64,000 nt of DNA. Origin: the human T2T-CHM13v2.0 reference genome, Homo sapiens. This document shows, in pieces, positions 27,059-43,799 of the stretch (position 1 is the stretch's first letter; each line of letters starts with the position of its first letter). The stretch is taken from the NCBI RefSeq assembly GCF_009914755.1, contig NC_060937.1. One strand, given 5' to 3'. The translations under genes were made by a program, and so were the position numbers. The notes beneath the pieces were generated by a model, which did not search any database, was not told where the DNA came from, and saw only the letters and a program-made list of their open reading frames with translations.

Positions 27059-29852
27059 AAGAATATTTTCTTTAAATACCTCTAGCCTGCTCCTGCCTTG
27101 GGGTCTTTGTACTTGCTGACCCAGATTCTGCATGGATCACCATTTGCATCTGTCAGCTCTCCACTCAAATGTTGCCTAATCAGTGAGGCTTGTACTACTG
27201 ACCTACATCAACCCAACCCTCTCACTGTCTCCACTCACCCGCTTCCTTCTTTTTCATTGCACTTATAACCTTGAAGCAAATTCTTTATTTCCTTGATTTT
27301 TTATTGTCTATCCTCTCCCAGGAGACTGTAGGTTTACATGAGTAAGAGCTTTCTTTGCTTAGTTTATACTGTTCCCTGGCTTCTAGAACAACGACTTGCA
27401 CAAAGTAGGTGATCAATAATATTTGCTCAGTGAGCAAATAAGTAAAGGGAGCCTCTTCCTAAGCATCTTTATTATACGGGGACCCTCAGTCCCCACTGTC
27501 ATGACCTGGTTGTGGCCATCATAATTTTGCATCTGGTTTATTGCAACTGCCCCTAAACTGATCACATTATCTTCAGTCTTGTCCTCCCTTAGATCCATTC
27601 TTCTCTCTCTAATGAAGATAATCCTAAATGTACTGTTCTTGGTTCTGCAAAAAAAAAAATAATAATAATAATAATAATAAATAAAAATAAATAAAAAATC
27701 TTGTAATAATGCTTAGTTTCCAAACTTCTTTTCAAGAGAGTAGTCCTTGTTGATCTTTAATCTTTCCAGAATGATTGTTGACATAACCAGACTTCACCCT
27801 TCCCATTTCACACCCAGCCCACCTCTCACACCAGCACTTCCCACTGTACCTAGGCTCATTCAGCTCCTCAAGCCTCTTCTGCCATCCCCTATCTAGAACT
27901 TTGTATGTTCTAGTCCCAATACTTGCAGCTCTTTCTGTGTAGATCATCCCCATTCATCACTTAGATCCCAGTTTCTGTCTGAGCTCTGAACCTAGAGCAC
28001 TTCTTCAGAGAAGGCTTTGCTGCCTCCCAGTTTGGTCCCACAGTGCCTGGAGCTGCTCCAATCCCAGCAGATGTCACAGAGTGTATCAGGGCATTGAATA
28101 TTTGCTTCATTGGATCCAGAACTCACAGCGGGCTCCATGAGAGCAGGCTCTGGCTCTCATCCAAGTGGCTGGATCCCAGTGCCTGGCAGAGTGTAGTTTC
28201 TCACATATTACAGATGTTTCAATTACTGTCCATGTTATTTTTTGCATATTTGTTTTGCAAATTAACATAAGATGTCAATTTCTAGATAGCTAGCAACTGT
28301 TTCTACAATGCAAAATAAATGAGTTTTTTCCATTCATCTTATTGAATGTCAGATTGCCAGCTGTCTAGTCTATTATTTGCCCACATATCCAAGGTTAATA
28401 CATGGTGTCTGGATTAACCTCTCCAAAACTCTATAATGCAGGCTTTGCATAGAGTTTGGCATGTTTTAAAAATCATCCACATAGAGAGAGAAGCAAAATT
28501 AGCTCTATGAGCACAATCAAGAATGCCACTTTTTAAAACACCTTGAGGCACTTTTTAATCCATAGCTTATGTTTCTAGTTATTATACACATGGAGAAATT
28601 GGTCTTACTACTATGCCATAGGACAAGGAGGCATAAGGTTGGTAAGAACCCAAATTTCTTCATTGCATATCTCCTCTCACCATTGTGGACCCCCAGTGGA
28701 TCCAGCCTACAGATGGGGAGATGAGGGAGTGTATGGGAGAGGTTCAGGGCTTTATTAGGGTCCCAGATTTCATGCATGAACAATGGTGTTGTAGCTTATA
28801 TTTTGCATTTGTGTAGTGACTTCTTATACATATATAGTGACTTTATTAAAATCTCAATGGCCATTAACAAATTCTTGCCAATATGATTTTTGAGTCAAAC
28901 ATGTCAAATGTCCTTCTCATGGTCTTGGTCTCTTTCATGGGATCATATCCAAATTTTATTTTTCCAAAGTCTGGTCACTGCTCTAAAATTTCCTCTTGCA
29001 TTTTTAATCAAAAACCATGCAAGCATGTAAAACCATTTATGTCTAACGTGAATGTGTTTTTCCACACACCCACTCTTGCTTCCTCACAAAAATATGCTTC
29101 TCTTTCCCACATGTGTGTGTGTGTCAATAATATGGCTATTTTTTTCTAGAAACTTCAGTCTGAAATCTAATAGTTATATTTGATATTCTCTGTATAAACT
29201 GACCATGGGTCTTTCACGTCTCCCTTCCAGACTCCACTAAGGAGTTTCAGTAAAAGGCTTTGCTCTTCACCCTGCATGTGACTCTGTGCCTAAAGTGATG
29301 CTTGTAACTTTTACATCATCCTTCTCCATTGCCTACTCTTCATTTCCAATGTTGTTTCAGCTCTCATTCATTCATTTGTTTGCCAAATATGTTTTCTGTG
29401 GCATATATGTGCCCAGAATTGTGTTCTGTGTGGGAGGTTGTACTGAGCCAAGGCAGGTGAGGTTCTTGATTCGTGGAGCTTATGGTCCAGAATAAATACC
29501 CGTCCCATTGGTCTTGTTTTTCTCATCTTCCTCATCTTTCTTTTTTTTCCATCAAGAAGGTGAACATGTGCTCCTTGTTATTACTCTGCTAGTAGTGCTG
29601 TTCCACAGCTATGGGGGTGGGGGTGGTAAATAAAGAGAGAGAGAGCCAGAGTTTTGTTTCTCTCCTAAGAGATTTCTAAAGCCATCCATGTTTCTCTTTT
29701 ATGTTTCTCTCTAAGTCTTGAATGGAATGTAGAAATGTAGTTAGGCATTTGACTTCAGAGACTCTTTATCCGTATAACTACATTGCTATTCATGGTCCTC
29801 CACAATCTCATTATTCCAATATGACTTTCCATTTCTCTATGTTATACTCCAT

Positions 29853-30190
29853 AAACAATGGTGCCCCAAGACCGTTCCCAGGACAGCGGCATCCTCCTCA
29901 TCTGAGAACTTGTTAGAAATGTAAATGATCAGGCCCCATCACAGACCTGCTAAATCAGAAACTGGAGGGTGGGGCCAGGAATCTGTTTCAGTAACCCCCA
30001 CCACGCTCCAATTTGAGTTAGATTCTAGTGGTTTTCAACTTCACATATTTGCTAAATTACTCTTGGATACCACTGATATTATCCGTTCAGGGGATAGACA
30101 TGCTAAACATTGTGCAGTCTATGGCACAGTGCTAAACAGAAAAATGCCTGTCCCATTCCAAATGCCTCAATCATCTCTGTTGAGAAACAT
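29853..30190. mobile_element. MER5A-like plus adjacent hAT-Charlie fragments
   Basis: gaacttgttagaaatgtaaat…cagacctgctaaatcagaaactggagggtggggcc; tagtggttttcaac…ttgagaaac. Confidence 0.65.
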
Positions 30191-30264
30191 GATGAATATG
30201 ATCTAATAGGGACCTTGCCGTTCCTTGAATACAGTGGTTCATTTTCTGCCTATTGTGAGCAGTG

Positions 30265-30934
30265 CAATGTCAGAGATAACAAGAGGCCCAGGTTTGTGTC
30301 TTCCCACAATGTCAGGCTTTTATTGACGTTACTTCAATCACGGGCTGCATGGAATTCCCAGGGAGACAATTCTCGGTGGTGCTTCCCATTCACTTGTAGT
30401 CAGAGCCGCGGGCACACAGGCTCAAGCCACTCCACACATCAATCAAGATTGCAAACCATATATACTAGTATATGTAATCAATAGATAAATGCTATAGATT
30501 AAATATTCCACAACAAACAAAGTGACATTTAACATCAAGGGGAAAGAAAAAGGGTTAAGGAACCAGTCCAGGGAGAGAGATGTAGACAAAAAGAATATCC
30601 TGGTCTGGCCTGGGCAGACCATGAGTCGTGCATGGAAGGGTCAGTGATGTGGGCAGAGCCTTCGGTGGTAGATTCTGGGTGCTTATCACAAGGGACAGTA
30701 AGATAGTGTCTGTTAAGAGGCCGTTTCGAGCTGCTGAAGTCTTGCTCTTTTTATGGGCAAGAGTCCCCTGGTTAGGACTGATAGTGGAAGAATGTGCTTG
30801 GTCATGTCTTTATCTGGCTGGATGCATCTTTATTGATCAGGCAAAATATCTGATCCCTGCTGGCAACGTGCCTTATGAAATGTAAGATAGAGTCTTTTTC
30901 TAAGATGGAGCCACTAATGTCAAGGGTGCTGTAT
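30265..30934 (-). mobile_element. ERV1-class solo LTR (MER83/MER84-like), antisense
   Basis: The minus strand reads tatacagcacccttgacattagtggctccatcttagaaaaagactctatcttac…, with a minus-strand AATAAA (ttttatt at about 30318). Family name is from recall only. Confidence 0.55.
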
Positions 30935-31821
30935 AAATGGCCTCTGTGTGTTTCCTCTTTCTGTTTCTCATCCTTACCCCCATCTCAAAATATCTAAATT
31001 CTATTCATCTTAATGCCTGAATTAAATAGTATCTCCTTCAGAAATCTCCCCTGGTTTCCTCAGCTGAAGGAGTTGTATTTCTCTTCTGTACGCCTACAGG
31101 CATTTTATCTGTGGATCTATAATTCACTTATTTATACAATTATGATTCAATTCTCGATATAAGTGCCTTATCCTTCCCACTTTAAGCAACTCAGATGTGA
31201 GATTATGTCCTCAATCATTTACAATCCCAAGCAGAGTTGCTGGCTTGTGACAGGCTCACAGAAGAAGCTTCCCTTTCTTCCTTCCTCCTGTTCTATAGTA
31301 GCCTTTGACGACAGACAGTAAGAATTACTGATTAATTTAGCAATTTACCAAAAAAAAGAAAGAAAGAAAGAAAAATACCCAAACCTTATAGTCCATGACC
31401 TAACTCTCATGGGAAGCATTTACAAGCGGGAAATCTGTGTCTGATAAATGAGCTGCTTTATGCAGAATTGGTGTGTTATCTGAGAAGCTCTAACTGGGCT
31501 AAGCACTGCCGCGTGATTGTGGAAGCCATTTTTGAATACCCTGGGACAACATAGATTTGACAACTGCCTCTGTTTCCTTCTCAATTGAAAATTATTCTAT
31601 AAAGAAAAAGAATTACCTTCTTGTTCTAATAAAAATAAAGATCACAAACACAATTTTACATCCCATTTGAATTGTAGAAAGATAAGGTTTAGCATTAAGC
31701 CTGAGAATCTGGGGCCCTGGTGTGTGTCCCCTGAACTTCTTTTTTGAGTGGGACAGATGATAGGAAGAAACATGCTTTATGCCTCTGGCGATTCTGAAGG
31801 AGTAAGATGTGTTGCCTTCTT

Positions 31822-32108
<287 letters not shown>

Positions 32109-32356
32109 AGATGTGTTGCCTTCTTAGATGCCACAGGAGGGGTGTGCAGGCTGGATTCCAAGCAGGGGCAACCCCTAGGGCATTCTCTTTTCATCTTATG
32201 AGATTGTTTCAAGCATGAAAGGTGTGTTTTGGCTTGTGTCTCCTTTTAGCAAGCCTGGGTTAGTTTGGATCCACTGAGAAGTGAACACAAAGAGGAGGTT
32301 AGATATACAAGAGATCTGTGAGGGCAACACCAGCAAGAGGAAAGGGGGTATGTGCT

Positions 32357-33520
<1,164 letters not shown>

Positions 33521-33584
33521 GGAAGGTCCCAGATGAGGCTGGGAGGGCCTTCAAATATCCCGTTCTGGTGTGATCCTGCTGACG

Positions 33585-33975
33585 GTCTATATGGCTGCCC
33601 AGACTGCTATCACAAAATACCACAGCCTGGGCAGCTTATACAGCAGGCATTTATTTTCTAACAGTTCTGAAGGCAAGAAGTCCAAGATCTAGGTGCCATG
33701 TCAGGAAGTTTGGTTTCTTCTGAGACCTGTGTCCTTGGCTTACAGGCAGTGGTCTTCTCACTCTGTCTTCACATGTTCATCCTCTGTCCTTGTGTGTCTG
33801 GGTCCTAACCTCCTTATTTGTGAGGGCACCAGGTATATTGATTGGATTAGAGCCCACCCTAATGACCTCAGTGAATTTTCATGAACCTCCTTAAAGACCT
33901 TCTCTTTGAATAAACGGTCACTTTCTGAAGTTGCTTCAGTGCAGGAATTTTGGGAGACACAGGTCAGCCCATAGA
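33585..33975. mobile_element. MLT1A/B-like LTR within older MLT1 remnants (about 32255-32350 and 33975-34270)
   Basis: ctgctatcacaaaataccacagcctgggcagctta…ggattagagcccaccctaatgacctca. Confidence 0.7.
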
Positions 33976-36900
33976 CCCAGAGCAGGAGAGAAGAAAGCAG
34001 CAGACCTGGTAGGAAATGTTTCAGGACGTAGCAGAGCTCTAAGAATTCTCCAGTAGGCTGAGGGGTAGTCCTCATCCAGGCAGAGTTGGCTATGGGAGGA
34101 TCCCACACCTGGCAGGAGTGGAGCCGCCTTGATGAGCGTCCCTGTCATACTCAGTCGAGTGGGCTGGGAGCAGCTGGTGATGTGTGGTCAATGTGTGATT
34201 CGCACAGCAGCTGGGGCCTGGGCCACTCACACTTTTTGCTACAGGAGATTTAAGTAGGCCTTTCCATGTGCAGTGCAATCCTTTTTGTCATATTTTAAAA
34301 ATACTTTAAAGATATCACACGTATTAAAATATCTAAGTATTTTAAAGACAAAGGCCTGTAATATTTACACTGAGAACTGAGATCCAGGTAGGAATATAAG
34401 GGCAGGAACTGCAATCGGCACATCCAGCGAAGGAAGCTGTGATGACACCAGGCCAGAACAGGGTCAGGGTCCCAGCCAGGGGATAGGGAGGTGATCACAC
34501 GTCAGCTCTGAATACTCTGATTCAGAGTCACAAAAAGAGACAGGCAATGATCGTTCCTAAAACTAGTTGAGGGCTTAAACCAGAGGAGCGAATGTCTGAA
34601 CCAAAATAATTCCCTAAATTTTTTATTTTTACTCATAGGAAGTTCTAACTTCCTGAAATGTTACAAAATTGGTGCTGGAAATCATGACGAAGAGAAAAGA
34701 CAACAATTTTCCTGGTCGATCTGGATGTTCAGCGGCCTGAGGACAATGCCGCAGCAGTGGGAAGAGGGGTGGTGTGTAACTGGGGAGTGAAATGCTTCCT
34801 GGAAAGTAGTTTATTTGCTGTGAAGGCAGGGGAAGGCATGGGTCATGGGTGGTACAGCCAACAGCAGCAGCCCAGGCTTGACAGGGTCCTGGAACAACGG
34901 CTGCTTACCCCATCAGTCCCCTACGATTCCACCATGGTCAAGAATAATTATCAAGTTCAAATGGTTCTGCTTTGGTTTGGCTGCCTATTCTAAAATTTAA
35001 AAGGGAGCTATATAACTTTGCATTGTTTTCAGATAACAAGGATTCACATATAATGACTGATTCCACACAATGGAAGAAGATTATGCAGTTATTAAATATG
35101 GATTTATGTTAAGCATAAATATATGCATAGCAAAGTATAATTAGAATATAAATCTCACTTCTCTGTAGATTAGTAGACTAATTGCAGTGCAGTGTCTTCT
35201 CGCCAGGGGTTTGATAAATAACATTGGCAGAAGTGGTATGGATAAGCCCCTGGTTCTGGCCTTGTGATTTTCAGTATCCTACATAATTATAATCACACAG
35301 TCCCTCCTGTGTGTTCCAGGCTGATGTTTTCTTCACCTTAAACCAGACCAGGCTTGTCACTTCTCCCTCCAGAGCTGATCTACCAACTGCAGAAAAATCA
35401 CAGCCTCTCATAGTTGCACAAATTTTACTTTAAGATTCAAAATTCCTGTAGCTTCCTGGGTTCTGCTCTGCATTCATTTTAAACCACTCATTTCTGGGCT
35501 ATATACATTTTCTAAGTCTGTAGCTGGAAGAAGTGGAAAACACATTGAATGTAGAAGGAGAATCTAAAAAGAACTTGATGTATTTGAACAACGCACTTAA
35601 CCCACAATAGAAAAATGAACAAGGGCGAATGTAAATTCCAAAATACTGATTAGTTAAATAATTTATAAAGTGTGATTTTTTGGGAACAGTGTAATATTAG
35701 TGCTACCCTTTCCCAATAAATAAATCCAAAGTTTGCATTGGTAGAAGTACATTATCTAAAACGAGGGAGGCAGAAGGACTGGGATAATAAAATATAATTT
35801 GAGAGCCTTGGTGCATCTAGCTATAGAAAGGAGATTCTGGGACAAAGGATATTTGGACTGTGAGAACGATGAGGAGCCTAAAACCATATTACATGAGGAA
35901 GAGGCAGAGTGACTATAGGTTTTTCACTCAAAGAAGAGAAAAGCTCAAAGCAAAATAACTTTGAGTATCTGAAGCATTTGCCATGTAGAGTTTACTCTTA
36001 GAGCTTATTCTTCTTATTGTGACTTAGTTTGTTCAGTATTGGAGCTGGGTAAAAGAAGGCCTTTGTAATTCTTTCTCTTGTAAAAAAATAGGAAATTACA
36101 AGACCCTAATTACAAGGGCCTTAATTACAAGAGCCTTGTAATTTTTTTCCCCATGTAAAAAATTACAAGAGAAACAGAATGTAGCTCCATGCAAGGAAAC
36201 AGATTTACACATAGAAAACAGGATGCCCTAGGAGGTCATGAACAAGTCGGAAACGTTAACTAAACTTTCTAAACTTTCTCATCGGTAGGAATAGTACCGA
36301 TGTGGTAGATCATATGAATACGAATTTGAGGCTTTAAAACTAGAAGTTACAATTCTCATTATTATTTTATTATTTTGTACATAACTGAATTAGTTCATCT
36401 TTAAAATTTCACCCGCTATTATCGCCACCCTATTCTCCAGGTTCTTTATACTCAAATGATTACATGCTTGCACTGGAACTGCAGGTTGAGCTAGAGCTGC
36501 TCCACAATTCCTGAGTCTGTCAGGAACAGACTTCCCATAGGTTTCTTCATAAATAGATGTTATTTTCAGTGCCAAAGTAGGCGTTAATTTAGGCAGAAAA
36601 CAGACTTCCTGTGAATTCTTCCTTCTTTTCTCCTGAACTTTTTATGCAGGTGGGCATTTGAAGGGCCATGGGTTAAAGAATACACAGTTGTATAAATTTA
36701 TTAAAGTGCTTCATGAAAATATATTTTAGAAAGACCGTCAATTTTGGAAGCAGTGATGTGTGAGTTACAAAAGTCACACAGTGTTTTTATGTACCCTAAT
36801 GGCATGATGCAAGTCAAGTTAATGTCTTTGAGCCTCGGTTTCCTTACTAACCAAGTGGAGTTAGTACTGGCTCATGAGCTTGTTATAAAGATTTGACAAC

Positions 36901-39469
36901 AGCTAAATAATTGTTAAATGGTAGCTTTCTTATGAATAAACTGTCAAGGGATCACTGTAAGTATGTATTGTCTTTATATTTAATACAAATTATAATTATT
37001 ACAAGGAAGAAGAGATGATTAAACTATTGCTGTAAAATACTGTGACAATTTTAAAACTTTAGTTGATAATCTTTAATAACATACATTGTTGATATGACAA
37101 CAATTTGCTTTTCAAATTGAATTTTATTTTCGTAGTTCAAATGCATTTCAAATCTGCTAATCCTAAGAAATAGTTTGTATTTTGAATTTTCCAATTTTTT
37201 AATATGCCATTATTTTTATCACAAAGAACCTTCAAAAATGCATTGTGGACATTAAAATACATTAAATAGTATAATTATTTAGCTACATTAAATAACTGTA
37301 CATTTAGTTATCTATGTCCATGTTTGCCTTTAAATACATATACAGACATTTTTAATCATACTTGCTAATTAAACTAATAATTGTAAAGGAACCCACTTTA
37401 TTATGATATTGTATTATAATAGTTAAATCATTTTACTTGAGTGACCCATAAGGATTTCTAAGTGAATAATAGAGATTTTTATTATCTTTGCAATTATCAT
37501 ATTTAGTAAGAATTCAATTAACTTTCATTGTCAAAACTTAGCTATGCTGAACTCAGACAAATAATCTATTTCCTTGCCTAATTTTATTAACTGCCATTTT
37601 GTAGAAAGGTAATGAATGTACAAATACAGAGTCTCTGAAATATAAAAGATAAAAAAAAAAATAGCAGCAAAGAAGTTAAAGCCGAAAAGCTCAAACAATA
37701 CCAAACCAGACTTTTAAACTCCACCACAGCCTACATTTTTCTAGTTGTTTCATTTCCAGCAGAAAATAATCGATTAATCAAGGAATGATATGTTATAAAA
37801 ATAGTATTCAAAACAAGATTCTACATCTAACAATTTGTAGTGGGAACTGTAGCATGTCACTTGCTTTTTGTATAATATAATGAGTTGTATATGTACCTAA
37901 GTTATTTTGCCAAATGTATATATGAACCAGCTCTCATCTGATGTCCCACTACTTTTCCCACTTATTGTATAAAATTCCTCATTTCTCACATAAGTAAGCC
38001 CAATGCCTTCCACCAGATACTCTCAAATTCTGTTTACCATGAAGGTCGAACTCAGTGATTCAGAAGGTGGATACCATGCAAAACAAAACAAAAATGCACT
38101 TGTACAAGATTTGTGAATCCTTTGGACTTCAGTGGGAGGGTTTGGGAGCTGCAACCATCAACAACTGAACAGCCATCCTTTATTCTTTTCTCACCTTTTC
38201 TTTCTTTTCTTTATTTTCCTTTGCACAAAATTAAAATTCCTGCTATTTTCTTTTGCACGTTATTTCCATTTTTTCATCTTAACTGCCCAACTCATTTCCT
38301 ACTTAAGAATGGGAAGTCTCCTTGGTCTTGCGGTACTCAACGTCGTGCTGCCACCACGAGCTATGGGGGTGCTTTGGAGCAGAAACATTGGGAACAACAT
38401 TTTCTGTCATGCTATGGCCTTAATTAAGTTGCAGCTGTATTCATAAGTTTAACATGAAAAGGACTTTTAAATATAGATGTCTAACTGACTTCCAGAAGGG
38501 CAAAATCTTCCTAAATAAAATTGAATAAATGCCATTTATTTATTTTACTTAAATTTCTGTTTTAAAGTTGGCAGTGAATCTAATATTTATGCAACCATTT
38601 GTCTCCAGCACTTTTTTGGGTAATAAACATCAGTGTGGCCAAATGTCACCTCATTCCACTTGTGTGTCAATGACAAATATTGATAATAGACAATGTTACT
38701 GAAAAAAGTATAAGAATTTTCTTGTAATTATTTTGTTTCTAAAATAAAATACTATTTTAAAAATAGTATCATAGCCCCACAAGACACATTCCAAAAGGTA
38801 TGAAATTTGTGGAGGTGGCGGGTAGGGGAAGAGTTTCAGTTCAAGTATATTAATTCCTCAGATTGCTAAGGATCATACCTAACTGTGATGTAACTAAGCT
38901 TCTTCATGTTCTGAGTCACCATTCTCTCCTGTTTTAAAAATTATGATTCTTATGGTAGATGTAGGTTTTGATTAATTTTAACACAGCAAGAGATTAACAA
39001 ATTATTATTGATATGGGCTTTTCAATTTGCTCTTTCATGTGTCCCAGTTAGAATCAGCCTCAAATCTTCACAGCATGTACAGTTGCAAGGCATTGCCCAA
39101 AGGTCTGTTTTTTTATTGAATGGAATATATGCTTATGTAGCCTAAGTAAGTATGAGGCTCATGAAAGTGTCTCGGTGCCACTTCATTTACTTCACTTATT
39201 CTTTACACAAAGGATTTATTTGTGAGCAATCTGCCAGGTTTTTGCCTATTAGATTGTATTTTAAATAACGGAAGGAAACCCAGAAAACCAGGGTCATCTG
39301 AGTCCTGTAGATAAATTAGAGGTGTAGGGGTGTGTGTCTGTGTGTGTGTTTGTGAGAGAGAGAGATAGAGAGAGAGAAATATTAAGAGGAGAAAGAGAGA
39401 GAGAAAGAGTGAGATATTTGTACTAGAAACAATTATTTCCTAGCACAAATGTACTGTTTACTTGCTTTT

Positions 39470-39600
39470 ATGTTTTGTTTTGTTGTTTTCTTTAGAGACA
39501 GGGTCTCACTGTCCTGCCCAGCCTGGAGTACAGTTACGGATCATAGCTTACTGCCACCTTGAACTCCTGGGCTCAAGCGAGCCTCCCGCCTCAGCCTCTC
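39470..39600 (-). mobile_element. Alu monomer fragment, antisense
   Basis: agagacagggtctcactg…gaactcctgggctcaagcgagcctcccgcctcagcctc. Confidence 0.8.
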
Positions 39601-41654
39601 ATGTTGATTTGTAAAATAAGGATTCACTTCGTCTGAATTCAAGGGGATACAGGATGTACTTATTCAGTAATACTTGTCACTTTCTTAGTCACTCTGATTT
39701 CTAGCTCAACCAATTCTTTTGGGTTTAAAGCAAGGTGACTTTTGCAGTCCAAACTAAGTTGATGATATATTTGATGAACAGAGGTAAGCCGGGAAAATAG
39801 CTGGGACTATTAAAATGGTCATATTTCTGAATCTTTAGGAAACAATTCTCTATATGGGGCAAGTCCTTGGTTTAGAGGTCACAACTCAGTGACAACACAG
39901 GAAGCGCCCCCTTTCCCAACAAAGCAGATGCATTTTTACTGTCCCTAAGTTGACTGAAAGACATCACTTCCAATAACAATATTTTGAAATCTTCCTAAAG
40001 TCTGACTCATTCCCTCTAAAGTTTTTGACTTACTGTTTACATTTAATAATGAACTTTAGAAAAAGACATCATGAATCAAATGAAAATCTTCAGTATATTT
40101 AAGCTAATCAGACTTGGGCACCAGGAAAATACTGCTCTTGAGCCAGCACTTGCTCCTTAAAGAATGATCTTCATCATGTGAGCTTTCTATTTCCTTGATT
40201 TTTCATGAAACAGAAATGTCCTCAGCACTTTTGAAACTGACTGAGGTATTTGGTATTCATCAGTATAACCTAGCTGGTTCACACAAAATGGGATTTTAAG
40301 AAATGTTTCAGGTAAAAACTGAAAGTGAGTAAATTAAAATAAAATGCTCTTCATGCGAGGACATCAAATACTGTTGATTTTGCCTTTGTGGGGCAGTTCT
40401 CTCCTGTGAAGGCCTAACTCTGACAGATAGATTGCTCCTGCAGCTTCCGTGGTCTTGAGCAGCCTGGGAAGGAGTAGGCTTTGGCAGTTTTGTCAAATCC
40501 TGAAGCCTCTGGCAAACGTTGCGATTGGAATTGATAATGTCCTAAGGGCCAGCATTTATCTCTCTTCCTTAATGTGTCACACGGCGCATATCTTTCTACA
40601 TGAGCTTCTCTGGGGACAACAGTTATGAATGCTTAATGGGGCATATGTCTGAGGGTTAAAAGAAAAATGTGCTTATTAATGAAGTACAAAAAGAAGGGTA
40701 GTGATTGAACTAGGAACCTGGGAAATAACTGGGTAAATTGTCAACTTCTGAGCATGTGACTTATCTGACTCTGAGTAGAGACCGTTAAAAGCTGATGTCC
40801 ACACTGTGGATGGGACTTGAACTAGCTCCGTCTCCATGGAGTCATTCTAAGGTGATCAGAAACCATAACAATGAACTTAAAGCCACTCTCACGACTACAT
40901 GTACATATATCTTGCATGTCAGAAAAAAATTCCAGATGAATATTATACAGATAAGAAGGCTTAATTATCCCCAAAGTTGCTGTCTTTATACCTCAGAATT
41001 ACTGAAAAACCTGAACAGGATTTATGCAAATAAAATTATTTAACACTAGATTTTCTATACAGATAGTCTTATAAATTACAATGATAATAAATAATATATG
41101 ACTTAAGAAGTTTATAAAGTTTAAGAACACCATTGTCAGGGAATTGTGGCTCTTTATGGTGGTAAAAGACACCTAACATAAAACTCATCATTTTGACCAT
41201 TTTGAAGTGTATAATTCAGTGGCATTACTACATGGAGAATGTTGTGCGTCCATCACCACTATCTGGCCCCAGGACATTTTCATAGCCCCAAGTAGAAATA
41301 TTGTGCCCATTAATTAGTCATTTTTCATCTCCCCACTTCCTCTAGCTTTTGACAACCACTGATCTGCTTCCTGTCTCTGTGAATTTCCCTACTTTTGATA
41401 TTTTATGTAAGAGAAATTACACCATATATAACCTTTGTATCTGGCTTATTTCACTCAGCATATTTTTAAGGTTCATTCATGTTGGAGCCTGCATTGGTAC
41501 TTCATTGTTTTCTTATAATAACATTCCATTGCATAGATATAAAAAACTTGGTTGATGCATTGATCAGTTCATGAGAATTTGGTTTGTTTCCACTTTGGGC
41601 TGCTGTTGATAGGGCTTCTATAAATGTAAGTCTTTGTTGGACTACCTGGTTTTC

Positions 41655-42200
41655 TTAACTTTTAAGTTCAGTGGTCCATGTTCAGGTTTGTTATATAGGT
41701 GAACTCATGTCATGGGAGTTTGTTATACAGATTATTTCACCATCCAGGTATAAAGCCTAGTACCTAGTAGCTGTTTTTTTGATTCTGTCCCTCTTGCCAC
41801 CTTTCACCCTCCAGTTGGCCCCAGTGTCTGTTTTTCCCCACTATGTGTCCATGTGTTCTCATCATTTAGCTCCCAGTTATAAGTGAGAATATGTGGTATT
41901 TGGTTTTCTGTTCCTGTGTTAGTTTGCTAAGAATAATGGCCTTCAGCTCCATCCATGTCCCTGCAAAGGATACAATCTCATCCATTTTTATGGCCACATA
42001 GTATTTCATGGTGTACATGTACCATATTTTCTCAAACTATTCTACCATTGATGAGCATTTAGGTTGAATCTATATCTTTGCTATTGTGAATAGTGCTGCA
42101 ATGAAAATGTTCCTTTTTCTCCCCAACCTCACTAGCACCTGATATTTTTTGACTTTTTAATAATAGCCATACTGAGTGGTGTGAGATGGCATCTCATTGT
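41655..42200 (-). mobile_element. Old L1PA (about PA13-16) 3' end, antisense, with an internal deletion near 42105
   Basis: ttttaagttcagtgg…catttagctcccagttataagtgagaatatgtggtatttggttttctgttcc…gtgagatggcatctcattgt. Confidence 0.85.
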
Positions 42201-42668
42201 TGACTGCCAGTTTTTAATTATTTTCAGTTTATAGCCAAAAGTGGGATTTCTTATTCATATGTAATTGCATGTTTAATGTTTTTAATAACTACTAAACTGT
42301 TTTCTACAGTGGCGAAACCATTTTACATTCTCTCCTGCAATATAAGAAGGTTCCAATTTCTTCACATCCTCACCAACACTTAATGTTCCTTTAAAAAATT
42401 TATTTATTATAATCATCCCATTTCCCAAGCATCTTTCATGTCTTGTTGGTCGTTTTTATCTCTTCTTTAGAGAAAAGTATTTTGTCTATTTTTGTTTGAC
42501 TTTTTGTTCTGCAGTTCTAAGAGTTCTTGGTATACACATTTTATATACTAGACCTCTATCAAATATATGCTTTGCAAATATTTTATCTCATTCTGTGGGT
42601 TTTTAACATTCTTTTGATAATGTCCTTTAATGCACATTTTTTAAAAAGTTTTGATGAAGTCCAATTTA

Positions 42669-43122
<454 letters not shown>

Positions 43123-43799
43123 TTATTAGTTTTATATATGTTGTGAGGTAACATACCACCTTCATTATTTTGCATGTGGATATCCAGTTGTCCCAGCACC
43201 ACTTGTTGAAGACACACTTCCTTCCTCATTGAATGATCTTGGAACCCTTGTTGAAAATCTGTTGAACATTGATGTATGGGTGTATCAGTTCTGAATTCCT
43301 GATTCCATTTCATTGGTCTATAGGTTTATTCTATTTCAGTACCACACTGTTTTCATTAATGTAGCTTTACAATAAGTTTTGAAATCATGACAAGTAAGTC
43401 CTTAACTCTGTTTGTCTTTTTCAAGATTGTTTTGGTTATTCAGCTTCCCTTGCAATCTCATATGAATTTTAGGGTCAGCTTTTTAATTTCTGCAAAAAAA
43501 AAAAGTTTTGGGGATTTCGATAGGGTGGATCATGGCTTTTTTCATGGTAAGCAAAATATATTAGTTATTGTAGGTCAATTTACCAAAAAATGATATTACT
43601 TAGTAAGCAGTTACTTACTAAAATGTTAGTACTCATTATTTTAACAGTAATATAGCAAAAAATTTTATATTCACTTGGTATAAATAAAACACATCAAAAA
43701 TTCACCAAAAATGTGTAACTATGATTTACCAGAAAGTGAACATCATATAACCACCACTGAGGAAACAAAGTAGAACACTGCCAGGATCCTTGGAATGAA

